Of a stretch of 41,562 bases of DNA, positions 1-9,700 are shown in pieces (position 1 is the stretch's first letter; every line of letters begins with the position of its first letter). The position numbers and the translations under genes were made by a program. Source of the stretch: a virus (taxonomy: Duplodnaviria > Caudoviricetes); the IMG/VR virus record IMGVR_UViG_3300027772_000058, positions 1-41,562 of that record. One strand, written 5' to 3'. A model generated the notes under the pieces. It worked only from the letters and a program-made list of their open reading frames with translations, made no database searches and was not told where the DNA came from.

Positions 1-2518
1 CAGTTCCAACATAAATTTTCTTAGCAACTGATAAACCACCAGACATAACAACACCAGCAGTTCCAAGTGGACCAGCTTCAGTAGTGTTAGTGAAAGTAAT
101 TAAACCAGAACCAGCAATAGTAGTACCGCTGAAAGAAGAAGCAGTAATTGTCTTATTGCTTAGTGCTTCAGAACCAGCTAAAGTAGCAAGAGTACCAGTA
201 ACAGGTAGTGTTAATGTAGTGTTTGCAGTTGCAGTTAACGCAGTAGTAAACGCACCGATAGTGCTTAAATTACCACCAAGTGTAATTGTCTTACCAGTGT
301 TATTAACACCAGTACCACCATATTGACCACCAATTACTGAACCAGTCCAAGTACCAGTTGTGATAGTACCAAGAGTAGTGATAGTAGCTTGACCAACATA
401 ACTTGAAGAGATATCAATCGCATCAGCAGAGATAGATATACGGTTATTAGTACCAACTGCATTTAGAGTGTTACCAGTCTTAGTTAAACCATCACCAGCG
501 ATAACTGAACCAGCACCAGAGAACTGAACGAAAGTAATCGGTGTAGTACCGACAGTAATAGCACCTACGTTAGTACATACGTAACCATTGCTTGCACCAA
601 CAGTACCTTCTTCAACGAAAGTAAACGCACCTGGAGTAATTTCGCTGTTTTCATCAGCATCAGTTGTACGAGTCAATACCCAGTTTGTAGAAGCAGTACC
701 AACAGTAGTTACTCTATAGAAACCATTCTGTAGACCAGTAGTTTGATCTTTAACAAGAACACGATCACCAACAGTAAGAACTCTGCTATCAATAGTAAGA
801 GCAGCTTGAGTACCAGAGTTAGTAAGAGTTGCACCAACACCAGAAGTTCCGTTAGAATATGTTCCAGTTAAGTTACCAGTTGTAGTAACGATAACTGAAT
901 CTTTAACATCAAGACCAGTCTTAACTGCGTCAACATAGTTCTTAGTAGCAGCATCGCTAGACTGAGTAGGTTCAGCAACAGAAGTAATACGCTTGTTAGC
1001 AACGTCAACAGTACCTGTACCAGTCGGAACTAAGTTAACACTGTTATTACCAGATGCAGCACTAACAGACATATTGCCAGAAGTGGCAGTAATGCTAGTT
1101 GCTAGAGCAGCACCAAGAGTTGGAGTTACTAGAGTTGGGCTGTTAGAGAATACTAGAACACCAGTACCAGTCTCATCAGATATAACACCAGCAAGTTCAG
1201 CAGAAGTAGTGGCAGCAAATACGCTTAGTTTGTTTGCTACATAAGCAACAGTACCACCAGCACCAAAAGCAATAGAAGAAGTATCAGTACCAGTTAATGT
1301 TAAAGTGTTGTTTACAGTAAGAGTCTTACCGTCAGCAATAGTTAAAGTAGAACCAGTTGCTGGTGCTGTGATTGTTACTTTGTTAATACTAGTTGCAGAA
1401 GCAACGCCAAGAGTTGGAGTTATTAGAGTTGGGCTAGTAGCAAAAACTAGAACACCAGAACCTGTTTCATCAGAAACCGCAGTCGCCAACTGAGCAGATG
1501 TCATAGTTACGGTATTAGAACCGAAACTAATTGTCTTGTTTGTTAGCGTATCAGTGGTATTTCTACCAACTAAAGTATCAGTAGCAGCTGGTAGAGTTAA
1601 TGTAGTAGAACCAGCAGCTGCAGAAGCTACAACAGTTGTAGTACCTGTGGTACCATTAAAGATTGCGCCAGTAGAAGCAATAACTGGAGTAGTTAATGAT
1701 GGGCTTGTTAATGTCTTATTAGTAAGTGTTTGTGTACCAGTTAAAGTAACAACACTGGAATCGATATCAAAAGTAACGCTAGTTGCAGTACCAACAGCAG
1801 TTACTGCTGAAGTGATACCAGTACCACCAACAAAAGTTATTGTATCTGTTAATAGAGCAACAGAATCAGTACCTGTGTCACCAGCAATATTTAAAGAAGT
1901 TGCTAGAGAAGCTGTACCAGCAGCAGTTAAACGACCAAATGTATCAACAGTGAATGTTGGGATTGCGCTAGAAGAACCATAACTACCTGCAGAAACTGCA
2001 GTAGTTGCTAAAGAAACTGTAGAGGTATTTGCGCCATCAGAGTTAGTAACAACAATCTGTCCTGCAGTACCAGTAACTGCACCACCAACTAGATCATAGA
2101 TAAACTCAGAAAGGGTATCAGTCGTACCATTAATATATGGATTATTAAGAACTAATTTACCAGTACCATTTGGAGTAATATTAATATTACCATTGGTATC
2201 AGTTGATGATAATGTGTTACCAGTTAATTGAGTATTGCCAACTTTCCAAGTATCAATCGTACCAGTTGCAGAAAGAACTGGGATTGAAGATTGGTTAGTA
2301 GTTAGTGTGCCAGCAGTAGAAGCGTCAATTAAACCAGTATAGTAAGTACCACCAATTACAAGGTGGTTAGCAGCATTACCTGAGGTCTCTGACCCCATAC
2401 CGATGTAAAGACGATTACCACCTGCGCCACCAAAAGCTGAGTACGCTAATTCGCCAGTGCCAAGAACAGCTGGGTTTCCTGCAACCGATGAGCGTTTTAT
2501 TCTAATTATTGATGCCAT
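1..2518 (-). CDS. Long tail fibre / adhesin-like virion protein (3' end runs off the window)
   Basis: Not in the ORF track. ATG at 2518 with GGAG RBS. Translates MASIIRIKRSSVAGNPAVLGTGELAYSAFGG..., Thr/Gly/Ser-rich, with LTNKT motifs, two SDETGxGVLVFxxSPTLxTPTLG repeats and a GLDVKDSV...GDRVLVKDQTTGLQNGFY...WVLTR segment typical of phage fibres. Confidence 0.85.
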   Translation of the reverse strand, partial: MASIIRIKRSSVAGNPAVLGTGELAYSAFGGAGGNRLYIGMGSETSGNAANHLVIGGTYYTGLIDASTAGTLTTNQSSIPVLSATGTIDTWKVGNTQLTGNTLSSTDTNGNINITPNGTGKLVLNNPYINGTTDTLSEFIYDLVGGAVTGTAGQIVVTNSDGANTSTVSLATTAVSAGSYGSSSAIPTFTVDTFGRLTAAGTASLATSLNIAGDTGTDSVALLTDTITFVGGTGITSAVTAVGTATSVTFDIDSSVVTLTGTQTLTNKTLTSPSLTTPVIASTGAIFNGTTGTTTVVASAAAGSTTLTLPAATDTLVGRNTTDTLTNKTISFGSNTVTMTSAQLATAVSDETGSGVLVFATSPTLITPTLGVASATSINKVTITAPATGSTLTIADGKTLTVNNTLTLTGTDTSSIAFGAGGTVAYVANKLSVFAATTSAELAGVISDETGTGVLVFSNSPTLVTPTLGAALATSITATSGNMSVSAASGNNSVNLVPTGTGTVDVANKRITSVAEPTQSSDAATKNYVDAVKTGLDVKDSVIVTTTGNLTGTYSNGTSGVGATLTNSGTQAALTIDSRVLTVGDRVLVKDQTTGLQNGFYRVTTVGTASTNWVLTRTTDADENSEITPGAFTFVEEGTVGASNGYVCTNVGAITVGTTPITFVQFSGAGSVIAGDGLTKTGNTLNAVGTNNRISISADAIDISSSYVGQATITTLGTITTGTWTGSVIGGQYGGTGVNNTGKTITLGGNLSTIGAFTTALTATANTTLTLPVTGTLATLAGSEALSNKTITASSFSGTTIAGSGLITFTNTTEAGPLGTAGVVMSGGLSVAKKIYVGT

Positions 2519-2540
2519 CTTTTATTCTCCGATTAAACGA

Positions 2541-2792
2541 TTAATATTCGCCACCTTCCATATTCTGCGCATCAAGCGTAGTGGAAGAGGTCCATTTATT
2601 TGTGTTTGTTTTGTAAACTAGTATGGACCCGTTTACTTTACCATTAGTAGTTACATCGACATCGGCGATGTTTGATATTGATTCAACGAAAGCTGGTGCA
2701 GCTAAGTTTGTCGATGAAAGTGTAAGAACACCTTCCGAAACTGCTACCGATAATGCTTGGTCTGGGGTTACTACTGCTATTGTATCTGCCAT
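2541..2792 (-). CDS. Small tail-fibre-associated protein (83 aa)
   Basis: ORF coupled to its neighbour. The ISNIADVDVT...NGSILVY...NKW pattern and the xGGxY end are seen in fibre-associated proteins. Confidence 0.65.
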   Translation of the reverse strand: MADTIAVVTPDQALSVAVSEGVLTLSSTNLAAPAFVESISNIADVDVTTNGKVNGSILVYKTNTNKWTSSTTLDAQNMEGGEY

Positions 2793-3127
2793 TATATTTG
2801 TGTTATCTGTGGGGTTATAGTTACGATACCCTCTACAACTCTGGTTTTAGCAGCTGCTGCAGAAGTGATCTCCACGTCATATAGCCATCTCCCTGCAGGG
2901 ATAGCCGAAGAACTTGAAGCGGATAGTTGGAGTCTGACTTTACCGTTGGCTGCATCGTAGACCGATGCGGTAAATGCGTATACCGTGGATGAACTGTAGG
3001 ACTTTCTCATTTGAGAAGCCACAGTATACCCACTTAAATTCAGAGGTTGTCCGTTGGTTGAACTTACAGTAATTATGTTACTGTAATCACTCCCAGCGTC
3101 CACAAAAAGATTGCTAATAGTAGCCAT
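2792..3127 (-). CDS. Conserved T4-like virion protein, beta-sandwich/BppU-like (111 aa)
   Basis: NLFVDAGSDY...LNLSGYTVASQMRKSY...GRWLYDVEI...RVVEGIVTITP; preceded by a TATAAATA late promoter. Confidence 0.7.
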   Translation of the reverse strand: MATISNLFVDAGSDYSNIITVSSTNGQPLNLSGYTVASQMRKSYSSSTVYAFTASVYDAANGKVRLQLSASSSSAIPAGRWLYDVEITSAAAAKTRVVEGIVTITPQITQI

Positions 3128-3160
3128 TGACCCATCCTAAACACTATTCTTATACCTCTT

Positions 3161-3168
3161 TATTTATA
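3161..3168 (-). promoter_or_regulatory. T4-type late promoter TATAAATA
   Basis: Exact T4 late consensus, 33 nt upstream of the ATG at 3127. Confidence 0.75.
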
Positions 3169-3194
3169 AGATACGGAACTTGGGTTTTGCAGAA

Positions 3195-4577
3195 TTAAAT
3201 TGCAGCGATTGGGATAATTTTTTTGGCTTTACGAGTATTTTCTGGTTTGCCATTTACCCACCAAAAGATATCTTTACGATCTTGTCTTAGTGGACCATCA
3301 ATATATTGTGGGATATATCCAGTTAATAATTCAATTGCAGCAGTAAACATTACAATATTATCACTGTATGAGTTGTCGCAAGTAGCTTCCCACAAATCAC
3401 CAGATAAAAAGAAACATGCGCCTTTACAAATATGTAAAACTGGGCAATTTGAACATTCTTTCCTATCACTCCAGTGAGTACCAGTTTTAACTTCTACGGA
3501 TGCTAGGTCTGAAACATGACCAATATGATGAGAAACCCCAGCTGGACTACTAGAAACTGTAGAAACATTTTGACAAGTTAATACATTACCATTAAGATCT
3601 ATAGCAAGGTTATCGCTAAGATCCATACCACATTTTTGTGTTAAGGTTTCTTTTCTTTTGCCAGTTTCTAATGATTGAATAAAATTTTTAACTTTCTCAT
3701 GTATGGTAATCCATCTAGTTACACCACCTTCTCGCATTTCATTTAATGATAGATTTCTAAATTTAACCTGATCATTATCATCCATTAAAGAATTTTGTAA
3801 ACCACCAATATCGTAAGCATCAATAAACGTACCCTCACCAATCAATAGGTATTGTAGATATTCTTCTTCAAGGTTATCCGTTATAAATTTTTCAAAAAAC
3901 TGTTGAATATCTCTACGACTAGTATTTTTATTATTAATCATAGAATTAAAACTCATTTTGCCTTTAGAAGCAAGAGTTTTATACGCATAAAGAATACCTT
4001 CTTTACTATTAGTATCTTCTAGTGGATCTGGTCCACGAACAAATTGCCCTGGACCATCATGAGATACTGATAAAGAAAAATCTAGTAAATCAAACCAATC
4101 AACCTTTTCTTTATCTAATAAACTACCATTAGTAATAACTGATTTTTGCGCATTAGGATATTTTTTATGTAATTCTTCTGCAAGAGGTTTTAGAGTTTTC
4201 CAATATACTAATGGTTCTCCACCCCAAAATTCAAATACTCTTCCAGCACCTAATCCATCTTCACCACCATCAAACCACACACTCATATTACTAACGAATG
4301 GTATAACATCGTCTGGGTTTGTAGAATCAGCGTGCGGAACAAATCTTTGGTTGCAATAATCACACTCAAAGTTACAAGATAATCCAAGTTGAATTTTAAC
4401 TCGTTTTGGTTTCTTACCTTTATGAATTTTAACTTGCTCTAATTCTCTAGTATCAAGTTTAGTATTAACAATTGGTGTTCCGTCTTCCCAAGTCAATGTG
4501 CTAATACTAGAATCATAATGAATAAATTTTTGCTCAGAAGTATCTGGTTTAAAGCATGATATTTTAAATAACGACAT
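3195..4577 (-). CDS. Radical SAM/SPASM protein (anSME/peptide-maturase-like)
   Basis: CNFECDYC (CxxxCxxC, 4353-4376), FWGGEPL, ITNGSLL, SVSHDG. C-terminal SPASM cysteines: CGMD...IDLNGNVLTC and CSNCPVLHICKGAC-x11-C. Confidence 0.93.
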   Translation of the reverse strand: MSLFKISCFKPDTSEQKFIHYDSSISTLTWEDGTPIVNTKLDTRELEQVKIHKGKKPKRVKIQLGLSCNFECDYCNQRFVPHADSTNPDDVIPFVSNMSVWFDGGEDGLGAGRVFEFWGGEPLVYWKTLKPLAEELHKKYPNAQKSVITNGSLLDKEKVDWFDLLDFSLSVSHDGPGQFVRGPDPLEDTNSKEGILYAYKTLASKGKMSFNSMINNKNTSRRDIQQFFEKFITDNLEEEYLQYLLIGEGTFIDAYDIGGLQNSLMDDNDQVKFRNLSLNEMREGGVTRWITIHEKVKNFIQSLETGKRKETLTQKCGMDLSDNLAIDLNGNVLTCQNVSTVSSSPAGVSHHIGHVSDLASVEVKTGTHWSDRKECSNCPVLHICKGACFFLSGDLWEATCDNSYSDNIVMFTAAIELLTGYIPQYIDGPLRQDRKDIFWWVNGKPENTRKAKKIIPIAAI

Positions 4578-4590
4578 TTATAGATCCTCA

Positions 4591-4625
4591 AAATGAAAAT
4601 AGACTGGGTTACCAGTCTATTTATG
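4591..4625 (-). promoter_or_regulatory. Terminator-like hairpin overlapped by a late promoter (CATAAATA)
   Basis: - strand AAATAGACTGG-TAAC-CCAGTCTATTT then TCATTTT. CATAAATA (4625-4618) overlaps the 5' arm. Confidence 0.6.
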
Positions 4626-4640
4626 TATATAAAATTAGAG

Positions 4641-5426
4641 TTAAGATAATGTTTTGGTAAATCTACCAACACCAGTATACTGTTTAAAATTAATTTTAGC
4701 ATCAACAATATCACCAGATTGTAGTGATGATGTTAGAATACTAAAAGAGCCAATACCATTAGTAAGTTTAACACGTGTTTTATTAATAATACCAACAATT
4801 GGTTCTACATAAACCATATCTAAAGATGTGTCCGAACTATTTACTGTAATAGTAATAGTATCACCAACAGCAGGAGTTGCTTGTTGTGTAGTAGCAGTAA
4901 TTATTGAGAAAAACTCTTTCCAAGATCTTAGTTCAGTAGAAATGGTGTGTGGAGAATTTACTTCAACATTAATTTCAGCACCACCTACTTCATTATAAAC
5001 CGAATATTCAAAAGTAGTAAAATCACCCAATGCACACGGAATAAAAATTCTCAGTGGTGAGAAATACCAAGTAGTATTAGTATTTGCTAGTATTTCGTCT
5101 TTATTAATTATGGTTGTTAGCAGCGGAAATACAATATTAGATTTACTTAGTGTTACTTCTTCTGGTGAACCTGTAAATCCATTAATAGCAAGGTCAGCAG
5201 GAATTACAAAAGACTGTGACGCAAACATTTCATTAGATTTAAGATCTTCTAATGATATGGTCATATTGTAAATAATATTATTATCATCGGTTCTAATAAA
5301 TTTATAGTTCAGGATATTAGATGTAATATTTAATACGTGTTTGAAACTAGGATTTGTGATTTCTTCTGTGCGGTATGAACTTAATCTACCTGTTATAGTA
5401 GATGAGGTTTTATAAATTTTTGCCAT
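4641..5426 (-). CDS. Hypothetical protein (261 aa) with Ig-like beta-rich C-terminus; partner of the fibre/rSAM pair
   Basis: AGGA RBS just after the fibre stop. C-terminus VGDTITITV...RVKLTNGIGSFSILTSSLQSGDIVDAKINFK looks like a beta-sandwich. Confidence 0.75.
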   Translation of the reverse strand: MAKIYKTSSTITGRLSSYRTEEITNPSFKHVLNITSNILNYKFIRTDDNNIIYNMTISLEDLKSNEMFASQSFVIPADLAINGFTGSPEEVTLSKSNIVFPLLTTIINKDEILANTNTTWYFSPLRIFIPCALGDFTTFEYSVYNEVGGAEINVEVNSPHTISTELRSWKEFFSIITATTQQATPAVGDTITITVNSSDTSLDMVYVEPIVGIINKTRVKLTNGIGSFSILTSSLQSGDIVDAKINFKQYTGVGRFTKTLS

Positions 5427-5437
5427 TGTTTTTCCTA

Positions 5438-6532
5438 TTAGCAGTTACAGTTACAGTTACAATTACAGAATAGCACTGCAGTATTACCTTGTTTAGCGAA
5501 GTTAGTAACAGGACCACGATAGTTTCCTTGTTGATTTAAACTAGTTGCATCCATAAATCCTCCATAGTTACCCAAGTTATTTGAGAACTGTGATAGTGCA
5601 GTTGGAACACCTTGAACGCCACCATATGAAATGTTAGATGCAGTGGCAGCATTACCACCAATGTTTGTAACAATAACAGCACCAGTATTACCTTGAACTG
5701 AAGTAACAGGAACTGAAACAATAACAGCGCCAGTATTACCTTGAACTGAAGTTACGTTGGCAGCAATAGTTGGATTACCAGCAGCGCCATCTCCGTTAGT
5801 AACAGAAATACCAGCACCAGCAGTAATAGTTCTTAAAGCAGCAGTATTAGCAGCAGTCTTAACATAAACACCAGAAGTACCAGTAAGAGCACCGATAGCA
5901 GATAAGTCACCATCGAATGGTTGAACGTCAGTACCGAGAACTAAACCAAGAGTAGAACGAGCAGTGGCAGCATCAGCGTCATCGATAAGACTACGACCAT
6001 ATGCGGAAAGGGTAGTTGTAGTAGCGGTACCAGCTCCACTGAAGTATGGTAATGCGTTAGCAGCAGAAGTAACACCAGCAAGCGCAGCTAGATCAGCATC
6101 ATACGCTTGAACGTCAGTGCCAATAGCAACACCCAAGTTAGTTCTTGCAGCTGAAGCAGTAGTAGCACCAGTACCACCTTTAGCAACAACTAGAGTAGCT
6201 TGTAGGTCAGTAGCAGTAGTAGCATTACCTGCAAGAGCAGCAGTAATAGTACCAGCAGCAAAGTTACCAGAAGCGTCACGAACAACAACAGTAGATGCTG
6301 TGTTTGCAGTAGCAGAATTTAAACCATCAAGTAAGTCAGCGTCAAGACCAGAACCTGAGCCATCAACAGTAATTAGTTTTGCCAGAACGTCAGCTGCAGT
6401 GTAACTGGCAGCAGTTTGGCCAAGTGCAATCTGCGTGGATATATTTGAGAAGTTTGCGTCAACTTCAGCGTTGGTAAGAGGACTACCTTTGGTAGATCTT
6501 AGGGTTAGCGATGGAGCAGTTATAGATGCCAT
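5438..6532 (-). CDS. Tail-fibre-like protein ending in CNCNCNCNC
   Basis: N-terminal [53 protein letters not shown], two GTDVQxxDxDL repeats, two [11 protein letters not shown] repeats. Terminal (CN)4C at 5441-5467. Confidence 0.88.
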   Translation of the reverse strand: MASITAPSLTLRSTKGSPLTNAEVDANFSNISTQIALGQTAASYTAADVLAKLITVDGSGSGLDADLLDGLNSATANTASTVVVRDASGNFAAGTITAALAGNATTATDLQATLVVAKGGTGATTASAARTNLGVAIGTDVQAYDADLAALAGVTSAANALPYFSGAGTATTTTLSAYGRSLIDDADAATARSTLGLVLGTDVQPFDGDLSAIGALTGTSGVYVKTAANTAALRTITAGAGISVTNGDGAAGNPTIAANVTSVQGNTGAVIVSVPVTSVQGNTGAVIVTNIGGNAATASNISYGGVQGVPTALSQFSNNLGNYGGFMDATSLNQQGNYRGPVTNFAKQGNTAVLFCNCNCNCNC

Positions 6533-6552
6533 TTAAGTTTCCTTAGTCAGTC

Positions 6553-6780
6553 TTATTTAGTAGATACCAGCTGCAGAAGAAGCTGTTTTATATCTGATAA
6601 TTCGTTCTTTATGTTATTTATGTCTTCTGTATGTTGAGAAATTTCAGCTTCTCGGGCTTCAGCTTTCCTCGTTCTATCAAGGTATTCTTCATACTCAGTT
6701 CTATTATTATTTAGGATCGCACCAGTAGTTGTATCTCGAACTAAACTGGCGTGACCCTGTACTTTTAAAAATTGCTTCAT
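6553..6780 (-). CDS. Small conserved T4-like protein with coiled-coil C-terminus (75 aa)
   Basis: KVQGHASLVRDTTTGAILN...INNIKNELSDIKQLL; directly follows the VrlC-like gene. Confidence 0.75.
   Translation of the reverse strand: MKQFLKVQGHASLVRDTTTGAILNNNRTEYEEYLDRTRKAEAREAEISQHTEDINNIKNELSDIKQLLLQLVSTK
6554..6560 (-). promoter_or_regulatory. Late promoter CTAAATA for the CNCNC fibre gene
   Basis: TAAATA core about 21 nt upstream of the ATG at 6532, followed by an AAGGA RBS. Confidence 0.6.
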
Positions 6781-9700
6781 TTATTTAACACAAGCAATAA
6801 TTCTAAAATCTTTAATAATAGGAACAGCTGACGTATTGGTAGAATTCATAACGATTTTAACCACGATAGTGTCAAACGAAGGCATACCTGTTAAAGTGTA
6901 AGCAATATCGCTGAAAGTAGGATTACCATTATCTACTTTAGTAACTACACCATCAGCTGTCATCAGAGTATATTTAGTATTATCCAACTGAGCACTGTCA
7001 CCAGTACAAGTCTTATAATAAACAGAAACATCAGCCTCAGCAGGGATATTTGCAGCTAGCATAACTCTTAGGTAAGTAGAAGCGTTTGCAAATTTAACTG
7101 GAGTAGTTACATATTTACTTTGTGAAGTGCTACCAATCGGAGCAATTTCGTCAGCAAATAAGATTCTAGCAGTAATAGTAGTACCAGAAACAGAAGCCTC
7201 GCCAGTAAACGTAGTGTTTAAAGTAAGAGTACCAGTAGTTCCGTTATCGCTGAATGCAGTAACTAAGAAAGTCCCATTATTACCACCAGATGTTGCTCCA
7301 GAAATAGTAACAAATTTACCAATACCTATACCAGCCATTGCAGTTCTAACACCAGCGACAGTGGAAGTAATAGTCCCACCTGACACAAACGTAAACGCAC
7401 CAGTAGCATGAGTAAACGATGTGATATTATCCAGAGCAGATACGTTAACATTGGACTCAGTTGGTTTATTCAACTTATTACTAATTGCAATTAAACTTGT
7501 ACGAGTAGTATCAATAACTGGAGAAACTGAGTCGTTAGTAGTTTTCATCTGAGCAGAGAAAGTTACCGACTTAGCGCCAGCCAATGATAGATTCTCATTA
7601 GTCTCAGAAGCAATCATTCTCGGAGTATAAAAATAATTATTTTCTTTATTTAATGCAGGAGAAAACCCAGAATCGCCTACATATGACGATTGACTACCAT
7701 CAACTGATTTACCAGAAGTAGTTTTAATATTAAATGTAGTTGCTGTATCAGAGAATGTTTGCATCTGAACAGAAGGAGTAATAATATCATATTGAATATT
7801 TCTGCTGGCTTTTACAAAAGTACCACCAGTATATCCGCTAGTGGTAGCTGCAGTAGAGACAGTGAATGTATACGAATCAGGATCAACATTACCAATAATC
7901 TTAGTAGTGAATATTTGAATAGCTGGGATACCATTAATTGGAGATACGTATTGGAAAGTAGAACCAGCAGCAGCTACAACACCAGAATTGGCAGTAAGAG
8001 TTAATGAAGTATTACTTGCAATAGAAGCAACGGATCCAATTAGAACATCAGCAGAGTTATACAAACTTGCTCCAACTGCTAGTTGAGTTGTAAACGCTGT
8101 GCCAGAACCAGTAACAGTAGTGCTGCTTGTTGAAGCAGTAATAGTACCAGTTCCTAAATCGTTGCAGTTAACTGCAGAGATATCTACAGTTGAACCAGTT
8201 GGCATACCATGATCGTAGTGCCAAACACGAACAGTTGTTGAACCTGAAGTAGTTTGGAATGGATCAGTATCTAAAGTATCGTATGGAACAACATCGTTAA
8301 CAAACTCAACATCACCAATTACTGAAGTGTTAAACACAGCACGTTTAATTGTAAACTTAATATCAGCGTTATCGTCTGCAGTCCAAGTAGATGCGTTCTG
8401 TGATTTAAACATTACACCAGCGTAAGGTTGAACCGAAATAGATCTTCCTGAACCTGGGATCTGGTCACCCATATAAGAGATCCAAACATTATAGTTATTT
8501 GAATCAGACTGAAGAACGAAACAGTATTCAGTATTATCCTGAACATAAACTGGACTCTCAAACGTGAATGTTGTTGCAGTATCATAACTACGCTTAGAAG
8601 TGCCGTCAGGCATAGTTACAAAATTAGCAGATAGATTAACTTCTTCTGAACGCAGAGTCACAGTACTAAATGCAAGAATGTTTTTACCTGGAGTCCCATT
8701 TACCATCTCACGAACTTGTAGAGTAACTGGTAGATTATCATCCTTAGTAGCAAAGAACACATCAATGGAAGTTAAGAATGCGCCACCTTTTTGCTGAATT
8801 AAGAATGACTGCGCCAGTGGGTCATACCAACCAGTGTCTGAAGTTACACGATACGTAGTATCAAAAATAGTTTGTTCGCTAGTTATTTCTTCTTGAACTA
8901 ATATTGCGTTTCTTACAGCATTAACAGTTGCTTGTTTAGTAATTAGTGTACCATCAGCAACATAATTAGTAATACCACGTGAAGTGTAATCACCATTATA
9001 TGTTGTAACGTCTACTAATTTAAATTCTCTGGTACCAGTTCTAAAACGAATCGCATCAGTTTCTGGAATATTAAATAAAAATTCTAATTCACCAGCTGCA
9101 TTTGTTACCAGTGTAGATTGTGGTGTTATTGAAACAACAGTACCTTGTGCGCTACTATTTGATCCAGAGATAGTTTGCCCATTGGCAAATGTACCTTTAA
9201 CATTTACAACACTTAAACAATAAGCATCATTTTCGTCAAGATATACGTTAACAACTACCGCTGTTGCAGTACCTGCGTTATTGGTAATAACATCACCAGT
9301 GTTCAGGCACACTTGTGAATCACCTTCGATTCTACGTGCAGTTGCAGAACCTTGACCACCTACGTTTACTTTACTATTGAAGGTACCAGATGTTGGGGTG
9401 TACACCAATTTCTGAGCAGCAGTACAATAACTAGAAACATCGATACCATCAAAATAAGGATAGAAACGTGTAGATGGTTTTAGTTTATAAGCCTGCACAA
9501 GAATATTTCTTGAGCGAATGTATGGAATAACTGTTGTTGAAACTGTTCTATCGTCAACTTGTTCGTAGTCAGTCTTTAGTTCAATTTTTGTACTAACACC
9601 AGTTCTAGATTGACCAACTGTAGTTGCAACTATATCTGCAGTTACTGTACGGGCTGCCCAACCAGCTGCTGCTGGACCAAGACCAAATGTAGCGTCTAAG

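Noticed and set aside
84-1982. Val/Pro-rich + strand ORFs (also those within 6117-17357)
   Set aside because: They are antisense shadows of Thr/Gly-rich - strand structural genes.
3195-4577. rSAM as PqqE acting on the phage PqqA
   Set aside because: It is 29 kb away and embedded in the tail module, no PqqD is seen, and its motifs (FWGGEPL, SHDG) look anSME-like rather than PqqE-like.
5441-5467. GTTACA microsatellite as a phase-variation tract or DGR target
   Set aside because: The 6-nt unit keeps the frame and has synonymous variation. No template repeat or reverse transcriptase is in the window.
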